Virus record (IMG/VR): IMGVR_UViG_3300036985_009306
Location: 1-64,000 of that record
Direction: 5' to 3' (one strand)
From: a virus
Length of the DNA: 64,000 nucleotides
The first letter of the stretch is position 1. Each line of letters starts with the position of its first letter. The notes below the pieces were generated by a model, which saw nothing but the letters and a program-made list of their open reading frames with translations, made no database searches and was not told where the DNA came from. Shown here piece by piece: positions 46,001 to 54,600 of the stretch. Both the position numbers and the translations under genes were made by a program.

Positions 46001-46962
46001 ATATATCAAAAATAAGAAATTTATTGAAACAAAATAAAGCTTATAGTTTTGTTTCTAGAAATTATGTTAATTCTACAAATATTGAAGATGTAGTTTGTTG
46101 TAAAGGTGAATACAAAAATGAAGAGAAAGATTTTGTTGGATGGTGTAGATCAGGTAAAGTTAGATTATTTCCTACGACAAAAGGTGCAAAGTTTAATGGG
46201 CAAATACATGAGCTAGTAGAAGATTCATTAGAAGAATTAAATATTAAAATTGAGATGTGTGATATTCCAGTTCATCATTATGGTTATCTTAAACAAAATA
46301 AAGAAAAAGGTGAGATATATTTAAAGTTGGGGAAGAATAAAGCAAAAGTTGGCGATAAGAAAGCACTTTATGAATTAGCATCGCAATATATGGCACTTAA
46401 TAATTATGATGAATCACTTGTTGTTTGGAGAAGATTGTTGTCAATAGAACCTAAAAATTATGATTATTTGTCACATATAGGAACTGTATTTAACTTGTTA
46501 AATGATTATGATCAAGCAGAGAAATATTTTCTTAAGTCTATTTCTATATGTCAATCTGAATATGCTTTTAAGCATTTAGCGATTTGTTATTCAAAATTAG
46601 ATAGATATAATGATGCATATTTAACGTTTAAAAAGATTGTTTATAAGACTGATGATTTGAAAACAATGGCAGATTTTGCATATTGTTGTAATACATTAAA
46701 GAAATATGACGAAGCGATTTCTATTTTAGAAAAATGTTTGAAAATTAATAGAGAAATAACTGTGTCTTGGGGGCTGTTAGAATCAGCTTATAATGAGAAG
46801 GGAATAGAGTTTGCAAGTGCAAATAACCTTAATCAAGCATTGGTGATGTTCAAAAAAGCTTTAGATTTAGATTGTAGATTTGAAGCAGCTCAAACAAATC
46901 TAAATGTGGTCAATAAACTTTTAAGTACTGGGTCATTTTCTAAAAGTTTTATCAAAGTTTAA
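43090..46962 (+). CDS. Multidomain glycosyltransferase GT2-GT2-GT4-GT2-TPR
   Basis: ISIVIPVHN; CDIIIVVHN; VEGFSLPPLESMASG; LSVCMIVKNE...VDTGSTD...DFSAARNFAL...LDADE; C-terminal TPR helices. Confidence 0.9.
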   Translation: MNISIVIPVHNQCQLLQNCINSIFEKTNTEFQIIIVNDGSDEQTTKFCHQLYETKKIKKLVHNPVAKGFSESCNQGIVASQDSDYICLLNSDTKIVTKNWLEKVILCGESDEKIGCLGVLSNCATWQSIGKNFVKESEIQKYGDLIVSLSENQYPRTNLINGFCFFIKTNVQKQVGLLDVQVFPHYGSEDDFALRIRQKGYELAIVDNVYVYHYSNQSYKEKREKIMHYSLPNLLKKWGNKRIVQDTNVSNNSLNYLKKKINEYFSSMSCDIIIVVHNALSYLKKCIESIQKYTDYEHNIFIVDNNSNEETKSYLKSLKHVQIISNKKNYGFGYSNNQAIRKSKSKYVCFLNSDTIVTKNWLTNLIECLEKNNAGIVGPISNEVSSELQKVDYLYDDNDENIQDFAEKRYLQYKDKVAEYNRLIGFCMVMKREVLQKTGCFDDRYRFNFEDDDLCLRTVEQGYRLYCSFGVFIYHYAGQSFKEKSINVDYNNMLETSRDLYKKKWYETQKIKFINEKKDNISIIYLLESNSPSGGVKVVFEHANRLKDRGYNVKIYCRRNETGTNWFDLYTPIVYFSEPQEVPHCDIAIGTYFTTLPILQKINSSIKIHLCQGYEASLYDKVKEKMLISTIQDNYKSIKEKIVVSKWLKEIIDKEYKIDSYYVPNGLDQYVFSFSKHQRNRTPRILIVGNYGLQIKGVAIALKAAEEYLKAHSRNEPIMHRQVYTAIKIVNKKVQGTIVRLASEKTQFDDKCEFHDMSKMTQDEIAKVYESCDVTLCASYKVEGFSLPPLESMASGTPVITTDCGGINDYAINNENSIIVPPGDVKALQQGLEMVLSNNELYSRLVENGLKTANEYPWYKQIDILEGFLHRLYYKQIALSREQLSVCMIVKNEQLCLANCLESIKGLANEIIIVDTGSTDDTIRIAKSFGAKIFHFEWIDDFSAARNFALEKVTQSWTFILDADEVISPVDISKIRNLLKQNKAYSFVSRNYVNSTNIEDVVCCKGEYKNEEKDFVGWCRSGKVRLFPTTKGAKFNGQIHELVEDSLEELNIKIEMCDIPVHHYGYLKQNKEKGEIYLKLGKNKAKVGDKKALYELASQYMALNNYDESLVVWRRLLSIEPKNYDYLSHIGTVFNLLNDYDQAEKYFLKSISICQSEYAFKHLAICYSKLDRYNDAYLTFKKIVYKTDDLKTMADFAYCCNTLKKYDEAISILEKCLKINREITVSWGLLESAYNEKGIEFASANNLNQALVMFKKALDLDCRFEAAQTNLNVVNKLLSTGSFSKSFIKV

Positions 46963-46967
46963 AGAAT

Positions 46968-47348
46968 GTGAGACAAATACCCAAAAATATAAAAGGAAGA
47001 GTAAAAAATTTTTTTGATACATATTTAAAGAGTTTAGCTATTTCAGGAGATGAGAATATTAAAACTGAATTAGCAAAACGAGGCCAAGAAGCCGAAGTTG
47101 AACATTCTATAGGAAAAAATGAAATAGTTTTTACTGTAAAACCAAAGATAGAGAAACTAGAGACAAAAAAGGTTCCAAAAAAGGAAGCTGCAAAGTTTAA
47201 AAAGGTATTAGGTCCTGTACCATTAGAAATGTTAAATCAAGAAATGAGTGATCAAGAGATTTCTGAAGTAGCTGTCGACGAAGCTATGCAGATTACTCAG
47301 GATGATTCATTTAATAAATTTAATGAATTAATAGAAAAAATGTATTAA
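46968..47348 (+). CDS. hypothetical protein (possibly extended by a frameshift)
   Basis: 126 aa, GTG start; the alternative frame stays open from the A6 run at 47335 to TAG 47458. Confidence 0.65.
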   Translation: MRQIPKNIKGRVKNFFDTYLKSLAISGDENIKTELAKRGQEAEVEHSIGKNEIVFTVKPKIEKLETKKVPKKEAAKFKKVLGPVPLEMLNQEMSDQEISEVAVDEAMQITQDDSFNKFNELIEKMY

Positions 47349-47447
47349 TTAAAAGTTATGTGCATTTGGGTAAGGAAAAAAATGAAAAATTTTCAACAAA
47401 CTTTGATGAGAACAATGTGGAAACCTCAAAAAAGATCTGGTATAAGT

Positions 47448-47981
47448 ATGGTAATTAGAGGAAAAATTCTAAATGTAGTTCAATTAATAGACATAAATAG
47501 AACAGTACAATGTGGACAGGAAATAAGTCTTGATGAGTTTGAAGTTAACAGATCAAGAGACTTACAGAATGCTATTAAAAGAGATTGGGTGGAAGTAATA
47601 TTTGATAAATATAAACAAATAGAAAATAGACATGGAACTGAAGATGTTGTTGGTATTGCAAAAAAAATGGCTCAATCAATGGCTGAAGAGATGATAAAGA
47701 ATAGTCCTTTGGTAAAAGAGATAGCAAAAGAAGTTGCAAAAGAAATGTTGTCGGGAATACAAGATAGCTTAAAAGCGCATCCTCAACAAATTGTAATTCA
47801 ACAGGTAGGAGAAAAGAAGATAGATCTTAAGGATTCTGATAACGTTTTTGTAGAATTTAAAGATGAAGAAGTTGGAATGACTTCAAATATAAAAGAGATA
47901 GGAAAAGTTGAGATACAGAAAGATGATCTTACGAGTTCATTAGAGAAAATGAAGAAATTTAGACAAAATCAAAAAGGGTAA
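47448..47981 (+). CDS. hypothetical protein with a helical C-terminal half
   Basis: Start reassigned to ATG 47448 (MVIRGK). Confidence 0.7.
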   Translation: MVIRGKILNVVQLIDINRTVQCGQEISLDEFEVNRSRDLQNAIKRDWVEVIFDKYKQIENRHGTEDVVGIAKKMAQSMAEEMIKNSPLVKEIAKEVAKEMLSGIQDSLKAHPQQIVIQQVGEKKIDLKDSDNVFVEFKDEEVGMTSNIKEIGKVEIQKDDLTSSLEKMKKFRQNQKG

Positions 47982-47982
47982 T

Positions 47983-48180
47983 ATGGACACAGAAAAGTTA
48001 GTTTTTGAAATAATTGCTACAGGTCCTTCAAAGTCTCAAAAAGGTGATGTGGTTCAATATTTGCTTGAACAAGGTTTTTTTGATGATGACAAGTCAATGG
48101 CAGATTCACTGAAGAAGAGAGACAAGCTACCAGGTGGAAATCCAATAGATGTAAAGAAAGAATTTGATAGACAAAATTAA
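47983..48180 (+). CDS. small hypothetical protein
   Basis: 65 aa, directly after the previous stop. Confidence 0.65.
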   Translation: MDTEKLVFEIIATGPSKSQKGDVVQYLLEQGFFDDDKSMADSLKKRDKLPGGNPIDVKKEFDRQN

Positions 48181-48201
48181 ATTAATGAAAGGAAAAAATT
48201 C

Positions 48202-49266
48202 ATGAATATTAATGTAGATGAAAACAAAACAGATTTAAGTGAGCAATTGATTTCAAGAAAAAAATCTGAGATCAAAAGACAACCCGGAGTAGGGTTAGAT
48301 TGTGGTACAATGTTTACTGTTAGTGCAAGTTATTATAATGGTAATACATCATTCGCAAGTGAAAGAAATGCATTTTTTGATATTGAAAATAGTTCAATTT
48401 CAAAAAGTATGTTATCAAAATTAAAAGCAAATTTTGTAGAATCATCTGATAAAAAAAGTTTGTATGTTATTGGTAATGAAGCTCTATTTATTGCAGACTT
48501 TTTTAACAAGGATTGCAGACGTCCTTTTTCAAAAGGCGTTCTTTCAACTAGAGAAACAGAAGCTATTTTTATTATAAAGATGATTTTAAAAAATTTGGTT
48601 AGAGAACCAGTTGTTGAAAACGAAAAACTATTCTTTTCTGTTCCAGCTGATCCTATAGATGCTGATTTTAATAATATCTATCATCAAAACATTATAAAGT
48701 CGTTTTTGATGTCTTTTGGGTATAACCCTCAACCAATGAATGAAGCATTTGCAATTATATGGTCAGAATTAGAAGATGAGAAATATTCTGGGATGGCTTT
48801 GTCATTTGGTGCAGGTAGTGTAAATATTGCTCTTTCTCTTTATGGAATATCAAATAGTAATCAACAATTTTGTCTTGCAAGGTCAGGAGATTATATAGAT
48901 TCGAATGCAGCGCAAGCATTGGGTGTTAAAACATCTAGAATAACAACAATAAAGGAAGCAGGTTTAGATCTTTTGAATCCTAAGAATAGAGAAGAAACAG
49001 CAATAAAAATTTATTATGAAAATTTAATATCATATACTTGTAATGCAATAGAAAAAAAATTTAATAATACACAAGATGTACCTAATTTTAAAGAACCTAT
49101 ATCTATTGTAATTAGTGGTGGAACATCAAAAGCAAACAATTTTGATAAGTTGTTTGAACAAGAAATAAAGAGTAAGAGTTTGCCATTTTCTATAAAGCAA
49201 GTAAAAAAGGCTTCAGATCCTTTGAATGTTGTTGCTAAAGGTTGTTTATTGAATGCATTGGAATGA
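48202..49266 (+). CDS. actin-like ATPase (ParM/MreB/MamK superfamily)
   Basis: Phosphate-1 VGLDCGT, PMNEA, phosphate-2 variant LSFGAGSVN, adenosine motif IVISGGTS. Confidence 0.85.
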   Translation: MNINVDENKTDLSEQLISRKKSEIKRQPGVGLDCGTMFTVSASYYNGNTSFASERNAFFDIENSSISKSMLSKLKANFVESSDKKSLYVIGNEALFIADFFNKDCRRPFSKGVLSTRETEAIFIIKMILKNLVREPVVENEKLFFSVPADPIDADFNNIYHQNIIKSFLMSFGYNPQPMNEAFAIIWSELEDEKYSGMALSFGAGSVNIALSLYGISNSNQQFCLARSGDYIDSNAAQALGVKTSRITTIKEAGLDLLNPKNREETAIKIYYENLISYTCNAIEKKFNNTQDVPNFKEPISIVISGGTSKANNFDKLFEQEIKSKSLPFSIKQVKKASDPLNVVAKGCLLNALE

Positions 49267-49269
49267 TTT

Positions 49270-49581
49270 GTGAATATTCAAGAATTTAAAAAAATTTTAG
49301 AAAGTGAGTTGTCCAAAGACAACAAGCTTATTGCAGGAAGATTTTTTGGTAAAGATATAGATAAGAGAATTAATAATAATTTAAAATGGAAAACTACACT
49401 TGAAAAAGGATATGGATTAGTCATTGTTTGGGTTAAAAAATTTTTTATGGAGCTTTGTCTTAATGATATTAAAAAAATAGATGATAATCTTTATTTAGAA
49501 AATAAGTTTGTTGATTTTAATGAAGACAACTTAAAAAAATGTTTTGTTAATTGGTTCAATAGTGAGGGTAAGCTAATTTAG
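49270..49581 (+). CDS. hypothetical protein
   Basis: 103 aa, GTG start. Confidence 0.6.
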   Translation: MNIQEFKKILESELSKDNKLIAGRFFGKDIDKRINNNLKWKTTLEKGYGLVIVWVKKFFMELCLNDIKKIDDNLYLENKFVDFNEDNLKKCFVNWFNSEGKLI

Positions 49582-49642
49582 ATTTTTCACTTTAAAGATG
49601 ATATCACAAAATTTGTTAAGATGACTTAAAAAGGAGAATATC

Positions 49643-49996
49643 ATGAAAAAAGAGATTTTGGCTGATCTATCTAAAGTTGTAAAAGAGACTATAACCTTAG
49701 ATCAACCTATGTCAGAAGATTTGAGCATACTTGCAAGACATTTGGCATCTGCTCTTTCTGATGAAGAATTGGATGAAATGACTGAAAAGAGTGCAACTTT
49801 AGAAAAAGATGCAAAACTTATTAATGAAGGTGACACTGTAGTATGTGTAGATAATTTTAGCCCTCTATACAAGGGCCGTCGGTATATTGTTTCAGATGCA
49901 AGTATTCCTGGTTTTTTGGTAGTGCGTGAAGAAGACGGGTCAGATGTGGGCATTTTTGCCGTAAATAGATTTTCTCTTGATTGGTCTGGATATTAA
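49643..49996 (+). CDS. Hypothetical protein with a C-terminal SH3-like barrel
   Basis: SD AAGGAG; INEGDTVVCVDNF...Y.V...V. Confidence 0.75.
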   Translation: MKKEILADLSKVVKETITLDQPMSEDLSILARHLASALSDEELDEMTEKSATLEKDAKLINEGDTVVCVDNFSPLYKGRRYIVSDASIPGFLVVREEDGSDVGIFAVNRFSLDWSGY

Positions 49997-50031
49997 GTAA
50001 TTTATGCAAAATATTATAGATCAAGAATTTA

Positions 50032-50241
50032 ATGAAGACAATTTTTACAAATCTTAAATTTGAACAATTCAATTGCAGGATAATCATGTCAGAAAAACAA
50101 TTAAAAACATATAAACCTGGTGAAATTATTTTTATTAGAGACAAAGGTGATTTTGAAATAATCAAAGATTTGGGTTCAAAATTAATGATAAGACGGAAAG
50201 ACAGTTGTGTCAAAATAATATTAAATAAAGACAGAATTTAA
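50032..50241 (+). CDS. small hypothetical protein
   Basis: 69 aa. Confidence 0.5.
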   Translation: MKTIFTNLKFEQFNCRIIMSEKQLKTYKPGEIIFIRDKGDFEIIKDLGSKLMIRRKDSCVKIILNKDRI

Positions 50242-50319
50242 ATGTCGCTTTGTCCAGTTTGCAATAAAGAGTGTATTCGTGTTAGTAATCATTTGACTAT
50301 GTCAAGAGATGAAGCCTAA
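50242..50319 (+). CDS. 25-aa truncated C2H2-like zinc finger ORF
   Basis: MSLCPVCNKECIRVSNHLTMSRDEA*. Confidence 0.35.
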   Translation: MSLCPVCNKECIRVSNHLTMSRDEA

Positions 50320-50330
50320 GGGAGGTCTAT

Positions 50331-51554
50331 ATCTATTTTATTGTTTCAAACGGGCTCAAGAAGAGGCTTGTTTTAATCTTTCAGGATATTTTGTCTAAAC
50401 ATCCTATTTTTGAGAAAGCAAAAGTTTATACTAAGTTTCCAACAGATGAACGTCCTAAGTATGCAATAATAATTCGTTCATCTTCAGGAATGGCTCAAAA
50501 GTTAAGTCTTGACAACTTTATTGCTACTCATAGAGGATTTTGTGCTCTAGCAAATCTTAAGGATGTTCCAGGAAATTCAATCGAATGGGTGCGAGATGAT
50601 CAGAGTAACCTGGATAACCTTTCGGCCCCAGGTTACTATATAGTAAAAATAACTGGTCACGATCCATCTACTAATTTATTCCAATTTACAATAGATCCCT
50701 ATCTTATAATTAATGATGAACCATTGTCTATCCAAACAATAAGTGGTAAAGATGGAGGAATTCTAAAAAATTTACCTGTTAATCCTAATTCTGAGTTTGT
50801 GTTTTCAGAAAGTAATAGATTCCAGTTCAAAAGAGATATAGAATATACAATTGATTATACTACAGGTCAAATTTTGTTTAACGATCTTGTAACTGATTTT
50901 ACACCAATTGTTGTTGATTATCAATCACTTTGTCCTCAAATGGGACCATTTACTACAGAATATTATAAACTTCATAACGATGCTCTTCCGGGTGTGATTC
51001 TAGCTTTTGGTGACAGACTTAAAGTAAATGATGAACAAGTTGTTGTTGTCACAAAAGAAGACAAAGATATTGCTAAAGTTTTTGGTGGACGTTGGGTAAT
51101 GGATTTTGAAATCATTGGGTTAGCACAGGACCCTGATCAACAAGAAAGACTTGTAGATTATGTAGTAACATCATTGTGGGCGGAATATCAGGATGCTTTG
51201 ACAAATGAAGGAATTGTAATTAGAGATTTTACTCTTTCAGGAGAAGCTGAGGATTTAGAAGTAGAAATACCTGAAGAATATAATTTTACTGGTGGTATAA
51301 GTTTTTCAATGGAAGCTGATTGGGAAGTTTATGTGCCAACTATTTCTGAAGTTCGTAGAATTAATGTTTCTTATGGTAAAGAAAGTTTTAAAGAGGAATT
51401 AGATTATCCGACGGAAGTCAAATATGAAGAGACGCAATTTGATGAAAGAATGTTAAATTCCGGTCATCAATTAGGATTACAAGTAGTACCCTCTCTTGAT
51501 GCATATATTGTACATCCAAGTCCATTTCCGAGAGTTTCTCCAAGAAAATACTAA
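50331..51554 (+). CDS. Putative tail completion/terminator-like protein, probable ATC start
   Basis: GGAGG at 50321-50325, 5-nt spacer, in-frame ATC 50331 (xYFIVSNGLKKRLVLIFQDILSKHP); KFPTDERPKYAIIIR; position before the tail genes. Confidence 0.55.
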   Translation: MYFIVSNGLKKRLVLIFQDILSKHPIFEKAKVYTKFPTDERPKYAIIIRSSSGMAQKLSLDNFIATHRGFCALANLKDVPGNSIEWVRDDQSNLDNLSAPGYYIVKITGHDPSTNLFQFTIDPYLIINDEPLSIQTISGKDGGILKNLPVNPNSEFVFSESNRFQFKRDIEYTIDYTTGQILFNDLVTDFTPIVVDYQSLCPQMGPFTTEYYKLHNDALPGVILAFGDRLKVNDEQVVVVTKEDKDIAKVFGGRWVMDFEIIGLAQDPDQQERLVDYVVTSLWAEYQDALTNEGIVIRDFTLSGEAEDLEVEIPEEYNFTGGISFSMEADWEVYVPTISEVRRINVSYGKESFKEELDYPTEVKYEETQFDERMLNSGHQLGLQVVPSLDAYIVHPSPFPRVSPRKY

Positions 51555-51581
51555 GTTTTTTAAAGCCTTTATTAAAAACAT

Positions 51582-51608
51582 CTCTTTAATAAAATTTTTA
51601 TTAAAGAG
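51582..51608. promoter_or_regulatory. 27-bp near-perfect palindrome upstream of the tail fibre gene
   Basis: ctctttaataaaa-t-ttttattaaagag. Confidence 0.5.
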
Positions 51609-51628
51609 TTTTTAAAAAAGGAAATCCT

Positions 51629-54600
51629 ATGTCTGTACCATTTAAAGGAAGTTATTCTATTGATAGTTTTGATGCTTCAAAAAGATACAGAATGCAATTT
51701 CAAAAAGCAACACCTCTTTCAGACAATGAATTGCTAGATATAGGAGAAGTTTCTAATTCTTTTGTGCAAGAACTTGTTGCTGTTAACTTTTCTCGTGGTT
51801 CATCTCCTAATGATGGATTTAAAGTCATAGAGTCATCTTTTTCAAATGTTAATAATTTTACTATTAAGGGTGGAGATGCAACTGTTAATGGTGCAGGAAT
51901 TCTTTTTGTAGATGGTTATATATTATTTCTTAAAAGTGACATTGAATATACAGCACAACAGTTGACCAGTTCATCAACTTCTATGACAATAGGAGTTGGA
52001 ACTCAATCTCCAATTGTTGGACCCGGATTGCCTTTACTATCAGGTCAACAAATAGTTATTAGCACTTATGACAAAAATAATACAATGTCAGGTACTATTA
52101 CTTCTTATGATACAGGTACAGGAGAAATAGTAGCTAATATTACATCAATAACAGGTGCAGGAGCATATTCTGCTTGGACAATTTCTTCTCCTTCTCTTCT
52201 TGTTTTAGATTCATATACATCAACTTTGATTTCTGGTCTTACAACTCCTGGATCTAGTCGTACAGATTATGTTTATGTTGATTTTTATTTTGCGGAAGTT
52301 TCTGCTGATACTCAACATGTTTCTGAGTATGTTGATCCTTCTCTTATTGTTGCTGATGTAGGAAGAATTACTGCAAATAGAATTAGACAAGTACAAGATA
52401 TTAAAGTAGCAGAAGGTGTTGCAATGCCTACAGATGATTATGATAGTGCAGGAATTTTTCATAGATATGTCAAAATTGCTACAATAAGTCGTCTTGCAGG
52501 AAACAATCAAATTACAAGTGCAATGATTCAAGATGAGAGAACTTTTGTCAATTCTAATGCATGGTTTAGTGAATACATACAATTGATGCCAGATGGAACG
52601 GTAAATATAGGCGACAATACTCACAGAATTACTACAATTTATATGGCATCATCAATTGATTATGATACTGATTTAGCTTTTATTCATAGTAGTTCTGAAA
52701 AAATGAGATTGTCAATTGGAGGTAATCTTGGTATTGGGACAACAACTCCAGGAAGTCTTTTACAAATAAATGGTGGAGCTGCTATCGGATTTTCATCATC
52801 AACTTCTGCGCCATCAAATGGTCTTACTGTTAGAGGAAGAGTGGGAATAGGGACATTGGTCCCTGGTGCAAATTTAGAAATTGCAGCAACAACTTTACCT
52901 GAAGTTTTGTTTACTCCTACATCTGGTGATTCAGTTATAGATACAACAACAGGAAATCTTTTAATTAAAAGTGCAGGAACTACACAATTGAATGTTAGTT
53001 CTACAGGAGTTACAATTCCTGGTGATTTAACTGTTAATGGTATAACTGAAGTAATTAATACACATACAACAACTTCAGATAAGATGTTGATAAGTCAAAG
53101 CACAGATAATGTAGCATTGGGGGTAGAACAAACTGGTAGTGGTAATTCAGCAATAGTGATGACAATTAATAATGCTGGAAGTGGTCCAGCATTGACAATT
53201 ATAGGTACGGGTACCGGATCAAGTGGACGTGTAGGTATTGGAACAATAAGTCCACTAAGTAACTTGCATGTTGATGGCTTGAGTACTGTTGCATTAACTC
53301 TTGGTTGGGGTGATGGATTATCATCAAGTAGGAGTTTACATGGAGTTATAGAAACCAATACAGGCGACATCATAGGATCAATGCTGAAAGTGCAAGCTTG
53401 GGCAAGTAATTCTGGAAATACTGTTGGCACACTTGAATGTGCTAAAATAGATTTGTATAAAGACACTCAAGGAGGTAATGGGTACAATACAAGTATCAGA
53501 TTTCATACAAAAACTGGCACAGGGGATACTCTTGCAGAACAAATGAGAATTACTTGTGATGGTAATGTTGGTATAGGGACAATAAATCCTGGTGCTCGTC
53601 TAGAATTATCTACTCCATCGACATCAATTCCGACTTTAATAATTAGTCGTGCATCTGGACAGTCAAGTATAAAATCAGTTGCAAGTGAAGATTTGATTTT
53701 AGAATCAGGTGGAAGTTCACATTCAGTAAAGCTAAATTATTATAGTACTGATAATGTTTTGCTATGTGAAGGTGGTGGCAAAGTTGGTATTAATGCATCA
53801 AGTCCAGGAAGTTCTTTACAAGTTGGAAGTGGTGGGACAACAGAAAGGGTAATAATAAGCTCTCAACGTAGTACTCATAGTCAATTGCAGATAGGAAATC
53901 CAGCATCCAATGCTGAAGCAAGTATAAATTTTAATTCAGGAGTTACTGCATTTGGTGATTCTCCGACATCTGTAAATGGAACGACAAATATATGGGGGAT
54001 AGGAGCTGGTGCTTATGGAGTTGGAGGTAATAAATTTGGAATTGGAAATGAAGCATTTGGTGATTCAATTTTGACTATTCAATCTAATGGTTGTGTAGGT
54101 GTTGGAACTACAGGTCCACTTCAAAAATTGCATATTAGTGGTACATCATTATTTGAGGGCAATATACGCTCAGGTGCTAATTCTGCATTATCTTCAGGTA
54201 GTCCAACTGACCCGGCAATTACAGTGGGCGGTTATACGCATGCGGGAATATATTTTGAAAATTCAGGAGTGGGATTAGGTTCTGGAGCTGGAAATTATTT
54301 ATTTTTGAATTCATCTGGCGGCGTTGGCATCGGAATAGCACCAGCAGCAGATGTTAATTCATTATATATATGTAATAGATTATGTGTAGGAACATCTACA
54401 TCATCATCAATGGGACTTACTGTAAATACTTCAACAAGTGATCCTGCAGGAACCGCTGCAATTGCAAATTTTGCATCTACATTAGGAAATTTTTATATAT
54501 TTGTACAGTCAGGAAATGTCACACAGATGCAATCTTCTGGTGGTATGCAAGTAATAAGTCCAAGTATTAATTTGCCTGGTACATCTATTGGTTATTTTCC

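Noticed and set aside
3050-46962. Bacterial O-antigen or capsule locus
   Set aside because: No wzx/wzy/wzm/wzt, priming GT or nucleotide-sugar genes, and the clusters are interleaved with virion genes.
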